The notes beneath the pieces are model-generated. The model searched no databases, was not told the origin of the DNA, and was given only the letters and a program-made list of their open reading frames with translations. A stretch of DNA of 64,000 nucleotides. Origin: Calcarisporiella thermophila CBS 279.70 (lineage: Eukaryota > Fungi > Calcarisporiellomycota). The position numbers and the translations under genes are program-made. Numbering within the stretch: the first letter of the stretch is position 1; the number at the start of each line of letters is the position of its first letter. Below, one piece after another: positions 40,764 to 50,886 of the stretch. The stretch spans positions 1,231,192 to 1,295,191 of the forward strand of contig NW_027192193.1 in NCBI RefSeq assembly GCF_041956535.1, written 5' to 3'.

Positions 40764-42739
40764 CTACTGCTTCTCCTCCTCCTCCACCCCCTTCTCCATC
40801 TGTGCCTTTCTCCTCCGCAGCTTCCTGATAAGGCCGATTTCCTCCTCTCGTTCCTGCTCAAAGTAGTCCAAGCTCTTCCCTTTGGTTTCGGGTATAAGGG
40901 GAGTGAACAGACCACCCACGAACATCACCGCGGCAAAGATCCCCAGTGTCTGGGGTAGGAAGGCATGCTGGCCAGGCTCTCCTCCGACCTCCACCAATAA
41001 GTTAAATCCGAACGTGGCCAGGATGGCGCCAAGCTTGCCGGCCGCTGCACTGATGCCGTGGGAGGTGGCACGGTAACGGGTGGGGAACACCTCAGCCGCC
41101 AAGACAAAGGTCGTGGTGTTGGGTCCGAACTGGAAGAAGAACTGGGTAACGGCGAAGAGCACGATAAAGGCCGCGATGGAATTCTGCTGGATTTGGTGGA
41201 AGAAGATGGCCAGAATGGCAAAGAGGATCGCGGTCATGAAAAAGCCGATGTATTGGATGGGCTTGCGACCACTTGAAAGGGCAGAAAGGTAGGTTAGCAT
41301 TAGCGGAAGGGCCGAAAACGATGGAGGGGAGGGAAAAATACTCACAGTCTCTCGATCAAGAACACGGAGGCGTAGTAACCAGGCAGTGCGCCCAGAACGG
41401 ATATAATCAGGTTGCCCGTCGCCTGTTTGAAGAGGGTGTCCCAAGGATTCGAGCCGCCGGCGAACCCGATTGCTTGCAGCACATAGGCCTGGTTGAGGGC
41501 GATCCCGTAGAAGGCAATATCAAGGAGGAACCAAGTGATCGAGGTGCCGAGCAAAACTCGAAGATTGCGCCACTGGCTGTAGTAGTGGCGGAAATCGCGC
41601 CACTGCTCAGCGGCCCTATTTTCTGCCTGGGGTGCGGGGGAGTTGGCGGGCTGAGTCGCAGTATCCTTTACCTCGCTAGTGGTTTGAGGCTTGATGTCTT
41701 CCTCGGAGGCCGAGTCGTTGTTCTTAGCGCTTTCATTTGGCCCGATGGCGTCCATGGCCCTCTCCTCATCCTTCAGGACGTCCTTGGTGTATCGGGGGGA
41801 TTCTGGGAGGGAGAGGCGACTGTAAACAGCTGGAGAAAGAGAAAGAAAACAAACGTCGTCAGCCTCTTGAGGACCCCGAGAAGAGAGGTCAAAGGATATT
41901 TACTGAGGAAGGAGGGAATGGCCCCAAGGCCGATGCACAGTCTCCAAACATAGTCGATATTCAGTTGGTCGGCCTCGATGGCGCCCCGGAAAATAAGCAA
42001 GAGGATGGTGGTGACGACGCAGGCGGTGAAGTTGCCCAGACCCTGCATCGAGAACACAAGGGACATCATCTGGCCACGGCGGCCGCGCACAGCCCTAGCA
42101 TTGGAAAACGAGAACAGAAGCGCAAGGGTTAATGACGCAGGGGGGGGGGAGGGGTTAAGAAAGGCCGAGCACGCGCTGCCTACCATTCAGAGGTGATAGT
42201 GGCGGACATGGGGTAGTCTCCACCGATGCCGATCCCGAGGATGAACCGCCAGAAGAACAGATAGCCTATTGCGCTCACGCCGCGGACGGCCGACGAGGCC
42301 GTGGCACAGAAGATAGTGGCGACCACGATGATGATCAGCTCGAATCCATAAATGGCCTTGCGTCCATAGGCTACAGGTAAGTAACAACAAAGCGGCGACG
42401 GCCGCCGTTAGTAGCCAGGAACGGGAGCGGCCAGGGGCGAGGGGCCTACTTACTATCGCCGATGTAACCGAACAACAGCTGCCCAACAAAGGTTCCGAAG
42501 GTGACCATTCCCTTTAGCGGACCCTCCACCGCCGGCGGCATGTGGTTGCCCATGCCCGCATAGTACACAAAGCCAAGCATGGGCGAGACGAGATTCATAA
42601 TGAAGATGTCATAAGCGTCCGTAAAGAAGCCCACGCTGGAAATGAGCACGGTGCGAATCTGCCGCCAGGTGAGCTTGTCGGCCCGCTCGAGCTCGGAGAG
42701 AGAGACTCTGCGAGCCATGTCCTGTTGCTGATGGGGCAT
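40764..42739 (-). CDS. PHO84: Pho84-like MFS inorganic phosphate:H+ symporter
   Basis: GFFTDAYDIF, GIGIGGDYPMSATITSE, SMQGLG, WFLLDIAFYG, QFFFQFGPNTTTF, FPTRYRATSHGISAAAGKLGA. Confidence 0.93.
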
Positions 42740-43903
42740 TTGGATGAGTTGGTGGGAGAGAGTTCAGTCTAGCAGCAGCAGAGAACAGGGGTCAATAAGG
42801 GGCTCAGCGGAGCGAATCAGGGGCAGGAGACGGGCAGAAATGGGGCGGCCAAGAGCAGCTGCAAAATGCCAAAGATCTTACCGGTGATGAGTGGACAACC
42901 TTGCGACGCACTTGTCTATTTTTGTTTTCTGTTGTTGTGGTAGAGTTCGGTGCCCAGAAGAAAAGTGCTTAGAAGGGAGCCGGAGGGTTTATATGCACCA
43001 AGTCACAGCTCCATCAACAAACCCTCGGGCAAATCCAGGCCGGGCGCAGATCGAGTTTAACGCAAAAAAGGTTCGCTCGCCTTGAATCCCTTTTTCCGTT
43101 TTCACGCTCCGACCAAACCAGTCTGGCCCGGAGAAAGCTTTCAACAGCGCCGCGAACCAATGGCGCCCGGAGCGCTCGGCCCTACGCGCTTATCATAGAG
43201 AGCCGTGCGTTTTTTCCCAGCCGCCAGCCTTCGGTGCAATTTCCCAGAACGCCCAACGCTCAAAGAGGTCGGGTTGCGCGAGAGCTTGCATCCAGGCGCC
43301 AAGCCACCCACGCACTCAATACCGCCCGCTCCTCCGCGGCTGTATGCAAGCATCAATGCCATGCAGCGTGCGGGCCCTGGCCAGCTCCAAAGGAGGCTCG
43401 GTCCGGGCCGGAACTGGTAGAGTCTCGTGTCGGCTGGGAGAGACGGCCCAAGTATTTCAAAGGGCCGAAAGGGGCGTGCACCAATTCCACAAGTATTTGG
43501 GCAGGTGATAAATCTAAGTTTACTTAACGGATATTTATACCCGCGATTACAGAAATTGGAATGAACGTTTCAGTGGACCTCGCTCGGATACTGAAATTCT
43601 AAGCCAGCCCCCTCGCAAATCCAGGATCCATAGCTGTGCTAGCGTGTAGAGGCGTCGGCTGAAAATTTCTGCTCAACACCAAGGAAAAAATAAAAGATCA
43701 TAATAGTGAACATGACTCGGAATAACTTATTGCTTTATTGAATATGGCAAGTAAATGTCAGTGTTTTTTTTTGGAGGCCTCTGTACATGGGTCAAAGGAA
43801 AGAAAATAGAAGGCTCAAGAGAATGCTTAAAAACAGGTTACTCTAACTTTGATTTAGCTACACAGCCAAAAAAAAAAAAAAATGAAAATGCTACTCAGAA
43901 TGA

Positions 43904-44191
43904 CTATGCTACAAATCTCCCCATCACGGGATCCCAGTTTTCTTTCCCTCTCGTAATTTCCTGCCTGTGTTTGTGCATTATGAACATATTTCCTTTGGTG
44001 CTCTTCACCTGGAGTGGAGAGCGGGTGGTTCGCCTTCTCATGGCCCTACGGTGGAAACTTCGATTCCGAGAAAAGCGAACAGGAGAATCATGGCTATAGC
44101 CCGAAGGGTATCGAAGCAGGAGATCAGGGAAGGGTGATGAAGGGTCAAGGAGAAGAGCAATGGAAGAAATGCTAACTAAACTACTCTCCAT
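43904..44191 (-). CDS. Possible small basic hypothetical protein
   Basis: Open 95-codon frame from ATG 44191 with T-rich flanks; no family recognised. Confidence 0.3.
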   Translation of the reverse strand: MESSLVSISSIALLLDPSSPFPDLLLRYPSGYSHDSPVRFSRNRSFHRRAMRRRTTRSPLQVKSTKGNMFIMHKHRQEITRGKENWDPVMGRFVA

Positions 44192-44711
44192 GGGCGAAAT
44201 TGCTTTTAAATTAAACGACGACGATGGCAAAAAAAAAAGAATGGAAGCAACTGTGTGCGTGTGAACTAACAAAGGGGCTAGAAAGATAAACAAGTTGAAG
44301 AGAAAAGAGGAAAAAAAAAGAGGCGAGGGACAGCGTGGTGAAACTCTATATGTCGATCAGAAGAGGATACATTGCGATTACCAATTGTGCTTATATTAAA
44401 CTCATGAAAACACGTCTTCGAATTAAAATTGGGTGCTTCCAACAGGCCGATTGCACGCCAAAGGCAATGGGCTGTGTTTTATATTCAACCTCGCCTCGAT
44501 AATAGAATCAGGATAAGAGCAACTAGGCTTTTCTTTTTTTTTTGTTTGGTACAGGATGCAATGATAGTTTCTTGTAAATTAAACAAAAAAAAAGTTGGTC
44601 AAATTGGCAATATTTCTCGAATTCAACGGTACCAATGACCAGCAAAATAAACAGTACCCGCAAATCAATAGCCAAGCTATTACGATGAAGACGAAAGATA
44701 AAAGGAAAAAA

Positions 44712-44785
44712 TGTTTTCGTCCGGGTTCGAACCGGAGACCTTACGCGTGTGAGGCGTACGTGATAACCAACTACACCACGAAAAC
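44712..44785 (-). tRNA. tRNA-Val(CAC)
   Basis: Reverse complement GTTTTCG...TACGC-CTCACAC-GCGTA...CCGGTTCGAACCCGGA-CGAAAAC-A; T-run terminator. Confidence 0.95.
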
Positions 44786-44869
44786 TCCTTCGACCACGAA
44801 AGTTGAATTTGGAAAATCTATATAATTGCATCTTTTTTATACTGGCAGTCACGGCGACCTCGCATAAGA

Positions 44870-45035
44870 ATTTGGAAGGCACAGTTGTTAAGAGCCCCGG
44901 AGCTTAACCATTGTGTGCTGGGTTCGATTCCCAGAAACGGCACCCGTCCATGAGAGTTTGCCGGGTTTTTCTCAGGACTTAACCGCTATCAATAGTATAG
45001 CAACAAGCAAGTAATATCAAGCGGCTACAAAAATA
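44870..45035 (+). mobile_element. Degenerate tRNA-like head, putative second SINE family or tRNA pseudogene
   Basis: A-box-like GGCACAGTTGTTAAGAGC; perfect T-arm CTGGG-TTCGATT-CCCAG (44918-44934), then AAACGGCACC. No matching 5' acceptor strand; 3' boundary and TSD uncertain. Confidence 0.5.
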
Positions 45036-45237
45036 GGTAGCAAAAATTTTTAGGAGAAATCCGACTACAGAGATGGGAGGCCAGGGGCAGTACCTGGGTG
45101 ATTTTGACGTAGAAGTCTACCCTTCCATTCCCTTCAGATAAAAATCATCAAGTGGATGTAAAAAACACATCCCAAGGGGAAAAAAACCTTGCATAACAAT
45201 ACTCTTTAATAAAGAGCCAAATGGACGGCAACCCGTG

Positions 45238-45345
45238 CAAGTGGACAGCATTCACAACTAGATGTTAGTGCTGGTGGGGGAAGCGAGATTCGAATCTTCG
45301 CCGTTACCTTTGGAATCCCTAGGATAAATAGGAGAACACTAGTCA
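45238..45345 (-). mobile_element. Degenerate partial copy of the tRNA-derived SINE (head plus start of body)
   Basis: CAAGTGGACAGCA..AGTGCTGGTGGGGGAAGCGAGATTCGAATCTTCGCCGTT aligns to both full SINE copies. Confidence 0.8.
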
Positions 45346-46159
45346 TTGAAACCAGGATAAGAGAATTGATGGTAATGATATTCGGTGTAGATGCGTTGAA
45401 GTTAGATGTTTTAGGTGAAGAAGATCCCGTCAGCTTGTATTTGTGTCCATTCTCCCCTGTACAACGCTCTTTGAGCTCTTTTTCTATCCAAAAAGAATTA
45501 CCGTGGCTCAAAACCGCGAATTCGCTAAGGCGCTGGTCCGCTGCTTTTTCAATCTAGCTGGTCCGGCATATCTTGTGGACTCTTCTGGAGAGTATGCCAA
45601 ACTTTAGGCATTTTGTCAACTCTTTGCTGGTAGTGTGCAAGGGCTGGGCGGTCAAATAATGCGTGGGCAATGGATTCAGAAATCCCTGGAGAACATCTTT
45701 TATAGGTGTTTGTTTCTTCATTTATTTGCTAGAAATAGTACCGGCGATAGTTACGATTTTATACTTCAGAAGTCTTTAATAAACGTTGCTACGCTTGGAC
45801 TCTGATGAACATGGAAAGAAAATTAGAAGGGGAGGGCCGAATCCATCTAAATTATCATTAAGACTTTCCCTATTGATTCTAATTTGGCTCCAGTTTTTAT
45901 ATCCTGTCGTAGAAGGTTCTACATGTCCTCCTCTGGGCTTTTTAAGGTTGTAGAGAGGATACAAGTTCAAGTTGGCGGAAATAACGGGACGAAAATAAAG
46001 GAGAGATTTTACTAATACCAAGCTTGGCTTATACATGCTCTTTGTATGCAATAGAAATGGTAGACGCATTTAATTTTCATTTTAGCCTCTCGGTTGCAAA
46101 TATTGTATTCACTGTTTATACAGTAAATCACGAGTAATTCTGCATTTTTTCAAAGAAGT

Positions 46160-47149
46160 TCATCGTGGTTTCATATCTGTATTATACTCGATGTCATATT
46201 GATCCCATGAGCCCTCCTCTACCTCCTCCTTCACGTCCAAAATGACAGCATCTTCTGTTATTTTGGCGGCAATCACTTTAACATAAGTATCGCCGATGTT
46301 GACATCACACCCGACGAGTTGAGCTGCCTTGCAAAGCAAGGAGATAGCCTCCTGCAAAAGTATCAAAATGATACTCAGCCTGGTCATCAAATCGACCTTA
46401 AATGCACAATACTTACACTCTTCGATTGTTTTCCACTGTGCTTTTGAACTCTCTTTGGAATAATGCGTTGAGCTGCACTGGAAACCGACGAAATAAGTTT
46501 CTACAAGAACTAAATATGGGAGTAGGTAGTCATATCTCTCTAAACCATGCTTGAATTTCTTACGCCTTTCGTTCGCTTTTCAATCCGCTGATGAGTCTGT
46601 TTCGGAATATAGGGGGCTTCTGAAGACCGTCCGCTTTGCTTTTTCTTACTATTCTCTGGCCTTAAGAGGAAAGATGACTTTCACTTCACCTCCCGTATAT
46701 CAATCGTATTTGAAATATCGCCTACTTACAAGAGTGATGATAGCAATTTGCGTGCTTCATGCTGATCGCACATGCTGCTAATATCAGTGCAATACTTCAC
46801 TAATAGTCTAAGCCTCTTATCTTCCTCATTACAGGCTCTATTGAATACGTTAGCTGTATCTCAGCTGGAGTATAATACCAACCCACTCACTTTATCGGAT
46901 CATAATTGTTAGCCTCACATTTAGCAGGGTCGAGATACCTTTGTCCATATTTATCGGTAATCTTGTACGATTGATATTCTCGAGCTGCCTCTTCACTATC
47001 TCTAAGAATGTTCTTGCATTCTGTTTATCAAAGTATATCAAAAGATATTCAGTAGAAGATGAAAATGAAAAAAAAGCAAAGATTTGGGTTATCTAATGCC
47101 TACGATTTATTAAATACTCGATGTCCAGGGGAGTATTTCCTTCCGACAT
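46160..47149 (-). pseudogene. Cryptic 6-exon gene of unknown family; 3' continuation (to ~45400) looks decayed
   Basis: Five GT-AG introns splice into MSEGNTPLDIEYLINQCKNILRDSEEAAREY...EAISLLCKAAQLVGCDV...DMKPR*. Downstream frames contain protein-like stretches broken by stops. Confidence 0.5.
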
Positions 47150-47706
47150 TGGGATAGCTAGGGAATGATTTTGGGAATTACTTTGGTTGGCTTTTCGAGA
47201 AAACTTATTCTTTACTTATATATCAGTTTTTTTTCATATTCTGAATCCTAATCTAATTGAGTGGGTTCATAAAAACTCAATTGCGATCAGATAGGAAACA
47301 GAGGAAAAATACATAACTATAACTTAACTGATTAAATTTCATTACAACACAAAGCTAGGATAAAAATATTAGACAAATCGTTTTGTGACCATTAGAGAGC
47401 TACGTACTGACCCACTATTGCTCTTATCTCTCTTAAGATAAAGGCACATCACTTGGATGTTAAGACAAGATATATCACACCCCATCCTGAGTCATTATGG
47501 TCATGAACCTAGAATAATCTCTTTGTTTGGTTTATGCACGCTCTTTGTATGCGATAGAAATTCATTCATTCTTTGTTCATGCTTTAACCTAGTGATAACG
47601 AATATTGTATTCGCTGTATATAAACCAAGAGAAAAATCCGCAATGCTTCAACCTCAACATGGTTTCATTTTAGTATCATTTTTTACATATACATAGAAAT
47701 AACAAA

Positions 47707-48071
47707 ATGCAGGCAGTTAGAGAAAGTCCTGATAGATTTGGTCATTGGATAATCCAATATGACCTAGGACGGAAGGCTTTAACTGAATCCTACGGCTCAC
47801 ATAACGGCATTATAGGGAAATTGCCGTCATCCTCAACGAGTATGGCTATATACGGGTTCAGCAGAGCATATACCGGCATCGAGATGGATGCCTGCTTGCA
47901 CAAGTGCTGATTTACCTTGCCATTATTCGTACTTTACTATGGATAAACGGCGTGTCTCCAAACGGAGACCCTCACCTTATAAGCATTCGTGTTTCTGTTC
48001 AGGACGCTGATTATATGGGCTTTACTCCATTTGTTCGTGGAGGAGACATGCCCGTTATTCCTCTTACTTGA
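47707..48071 (+). pseudogene. VapD/Cas2-like endoribonuclease with one frameshift near 47803
   Basis: Frame 1 WIIQYDLGRKALTESYG joins, after a 1-nt frameshift, RHYREIAVILNEYGYIRVQQSIYRH...IRTLLWI...ISIRV...MGFTPFVR. This is colinear with the VapD pattern (hhhFDL...Y.DI..hL..aGF...QGShY...W....hR....DFT.Fh). Confidence 0.68.
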
Positions 48072-48220
48072 GCATGTGAGGAGAGAGAATTTGCCTTTAT
48101 TGATGTACCAATTGCTCTTGGTTCTTTAGTAAAATCGTCAAGAAAAACTAAGCAAAACAATAGAGAGAGTCTAATGTAAGCTGGTTTTTACAGAATTGCT
48201 TCTTCTTGTCGAAATCCATG

Positions 48221-48466
48221 TTTTTATTTATCATTAATGAGTCTTTATTGTTTGAGGAGACTCTCAATAAAACACAGTAGCTACGTTAGTGAAAGGAATA
48301 AAATGAAAGAAAAACTAAGAATTAAGACACATCATTACACTTCGCTGAGTATCAGATAAGTCTGCTAGTATTAGATTATGAGCATTCAGCACATGAGTAT
48401 TCTGGGAGCCCGCGATGGTGCTGATACACCTCTCCGTCCACTTGCCACTGTTGTAAGTTTGGGACA
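48221..48466 (-). mobile_element. Older degenerate 3' fragment of an L1/Tx1-like LINE
   Basis: Aligns to 48680-48958 (TCTTTATTG tail; TTCTGGG..GATGGTG.TGATACACCTCTCCG.CCA..TTGCCAC..GTTT.GGACA); eroded poly(A). Confidence 0.7.
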
Positions 48467-48679
48467 ACCTTATTTTATTATAACTTTATTATATCGAAAT
48501 GATGCCATTTTATTACTTTTATTATTATTTTTCCCTATGTGATACTATAACAATAGTATAAAAGACTGATATTTCATTTACAATAAAGATGTGCTTTAGT
48601 GATTATCCGATTACACAATCATCCTTTGCATCATCTAAGGCTTCTGAAGTGGTGGATATAGAGCGATAGAGGGAGCTTC

Positions 48680-49159
48680 TTTTTTTGATCAATAAAGAAT
48701 CTTTATTGTTAAAGAGATTCTAAAGTACAAAAGTCACATTATTGAAGGTATTAAAATGAATGGGAAACTAAACATAAACGCGACTATATAGCTTGAGGCA
48801 TGTTGATCATAACGATTTTCAGTTCAAATAGATAGATGAATTTGGGTTACATCTCCTAGAATGAGGTTGCGAGCGGTCAGCACCTGTATATTCTGGGGGC
48901 CTGTGATGGTGATGATACACCTCTCCGCCCATTGCCACACTGGTGTGAGTTTAGGACATTCGAAGAAGGTATGGCGAATTGTCTCTTGAAGCGTTACATT
49001 GGGTGCACTTCTGGTCGTGTCCAGGAAAGGTCGAGTTGGTAATTACACGCTCTACGAGGATTCGCCAGCGTAGTATGCGATGTTTTGGGAGAGTTGGTCG
49101 TTTTTGGATGGAGGCCCAGACTTTTTCCCACTCCTTTGCCGTGGGGGTGGGTCGCGAAA
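48680..49159 (-). mobile_element. 5'-truncated L1/Tx1-like non-LTR retrotransposon 3' end (zf-RVT region plus tail)
   Basis: Minus translation EWEKVWASIQKRPTLPKHRILRWRIL...CTQC.../ETIRHTFFECPKLTPVWQW (one frameshift); terminal hairpin CAATAAAGATTCTTTATTG then ATC(A)7. Confidence 0.82.
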
Positions 49160-49499
49160 TTTTTTTTTTTTGATCAATTAATGGAAACTTTTATTTAATT
49201 TCCATATATTACATGAAGTTAATGTCAATGGACTTAACATGACGAGATATAGGTCCTTGATCGATAGACGTTCAATCGATATGCGTGTATCGTAGTTGTC
49301 GTGAATAGCCTGTACGTGAAACCAATGTAATCTTTTGTACTTATCGTAAGGGCGATCTTTTCAATAATCAAGACACAGCTTCTGATCAAGTGGATAGCAG
49401 TCACTAAATAAGAGTAAGTGCTGGTGGGAGAAGCGGGATTCGAACCCACGCCGTTCTCATCGGCATCCCAGGGATAGTCCAATACACTAACCCTCCCCC
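49160..49499 (-). mobile_element. tRNA-derived SINE, copy 2
   Basis: Roughly 92% identical to copy 1 by manual count. Intact B box GGTTCGAATCC; (A)12 tail; perfect 15-bp TSD GGGTGGGTCGCGAAA at 49145-49159 and 49500-49514. Confidence 0.93.
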
Positions 49500-49581
49500 G
49501 GGTGGGTCGCGAAAAGCTTGGGAAATAATTTTTGAAATTTTGTGTATTAAATAGGTTTCCAAAAACCCAGAATTAACAAAT

Positions 49582-49666
49582 CCGGCTATAGCTCAGCTGG
49601 TAGAGCGGAAGACTGTAGTGATCCATAGCAATCTTTAGGTCCCTGGTTCGAATCCGGGTGGCCGGA
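49582..49666 (+). tRNA. tRNA-Tyr(GTA) with ~12-nt intron (~49619-49630)
   Basis: Acceptor CCGGCTA/TGGCCGG; D-arm GCTCAGCTGGTAGAGC; GAAGA-CTGTAG[intron]A-TCTTT; T-loop GGTTCGAATCC; T-run terminator. Confidence 0.94.
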
Positions 49667-50634
49667 CATTTTTCATGAGTAATGCAATACATTTTATTTT
49701 TTTGTGAATGCTTTCTTTTATTATTATAAATGCTGCGTTTCGGTTCAACTTTTGCAAGTAGGCTTCATTTATACCACAACGCTATTGTTTATGTAAATAC
49801 AATTTGTAGTCTAACCAGATATGCACATGATCATGGGAGAAATCTGCCCGTAAACATATATGCAAAAAAATTGTAAATACAATACCAACAAATGCATTAT
49901 AAGTTCTTTTCCACCGCAATTTCGTCTTTTGCTAGTGCCATAGGCTCTGGGCCCACGAAGAATCTATCAAAGTGGCCCTTGAATCGAATGAAAGCGCATT
50001 GTAGAGCGCACCATTGCTACAGCAGTTTTTTATGCGCATTAAACTAGGAGAATTCAGTGTGATCTTTTTCATCTCTTCCCCACTAGCGTATGACCACACC
50101 ATTTGTCATATGCATGGATTTTACACACATCTGCACTCTAATCGCGTGGTAAACCACAAGCCTCTACGTCAGCTAACAGAATAGTTCTAGGCAACCATAT
50201 TTCCTTTATACATCGAAACTGGTCATCATCAGTGCCGGTTAATTGATGTTGCCATTACAGAAGAGGGGAGGGGAGAATAAGAGCCACTGGCAGCTCTTTG
50301 TGAGCATTTGGCGATATGGTTGGGCCACCCAAGTTAAGTACACTTCGCCAAGTCAAGCTGAGAATCCAATAGTTTGTTTCGTGGACTAAACTCGGTGATA
50401 CCATCATCCATGCTGTGCGCAAACGAAGTGAGGGAGGTTAGGGCGAACTCTGAGCAAGGATCTCGATCTTTTATCTGTCACACCACTTTTCAAGCTTCAG
50501 CAGTGGGGAATGAATATTATAATATTATTATTAGGGTAGTAAGCCAAAAGGAGCCAAGAAAAAAGACAAGGAAAAAGACAACCAAAGAAGTTTTAAAGAA
50601 TACACATAAAGACCCAAACCATTTCCCCTGTCCA

Positions 50635-50886
50635 TTATTCTGCAAGTACCCCCGCCATGACATCTCTTCTCTCTTCCACGGCTCGATGAACCCCTTCCAC
50701 TAGCGCCTGTAGGTCGCTTGGTGTCAGTCCGTAGAGTTCCTCATCCTCAAGCACACGTCGCAACAGTGCCAGTTCGTTATTGTGATTAAAATTGAGGTAA
50801 TAGTCAAAGATGTCCTGGGGTAAAGGAGCAGAATATACAAAAGTAAAAAGGGAGAACACGAGAAAGAAGACTAGATTGTATCGCAT
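50635..50886 (-). CDS. Small secreted acidic/helical protein
   Basis: MRYNLVFFLVFSLFTFVYSAPLPQ is a classic fungal signal plus APxP cleavage site; 83 aa. Confidence 0.6.
   Translation of the reverse strand: MRYNLVFFLVFSLFTFVYSAPLPQDIFDYYLNFNHNNELALLRRVLEDEELYGLTPSDLQALVEGVHRAVEERRDVMAGVLAE

Noticed and set aside
42740-43600. Pho4-type CACGTG sites upstream of PHO84
   Set aside because: None found by eye.
49234-49482. 82-aa ORF
   Set aside because: Lies wholly inside the SINE and shows no recognisable protein features.
47000-49500. CRISPR-Cas locus suggested by the Cas2-like gene
   Set aside because: No repeat-spacer array or other cas genes; context is eukaryotic; the protein is VapD-like.
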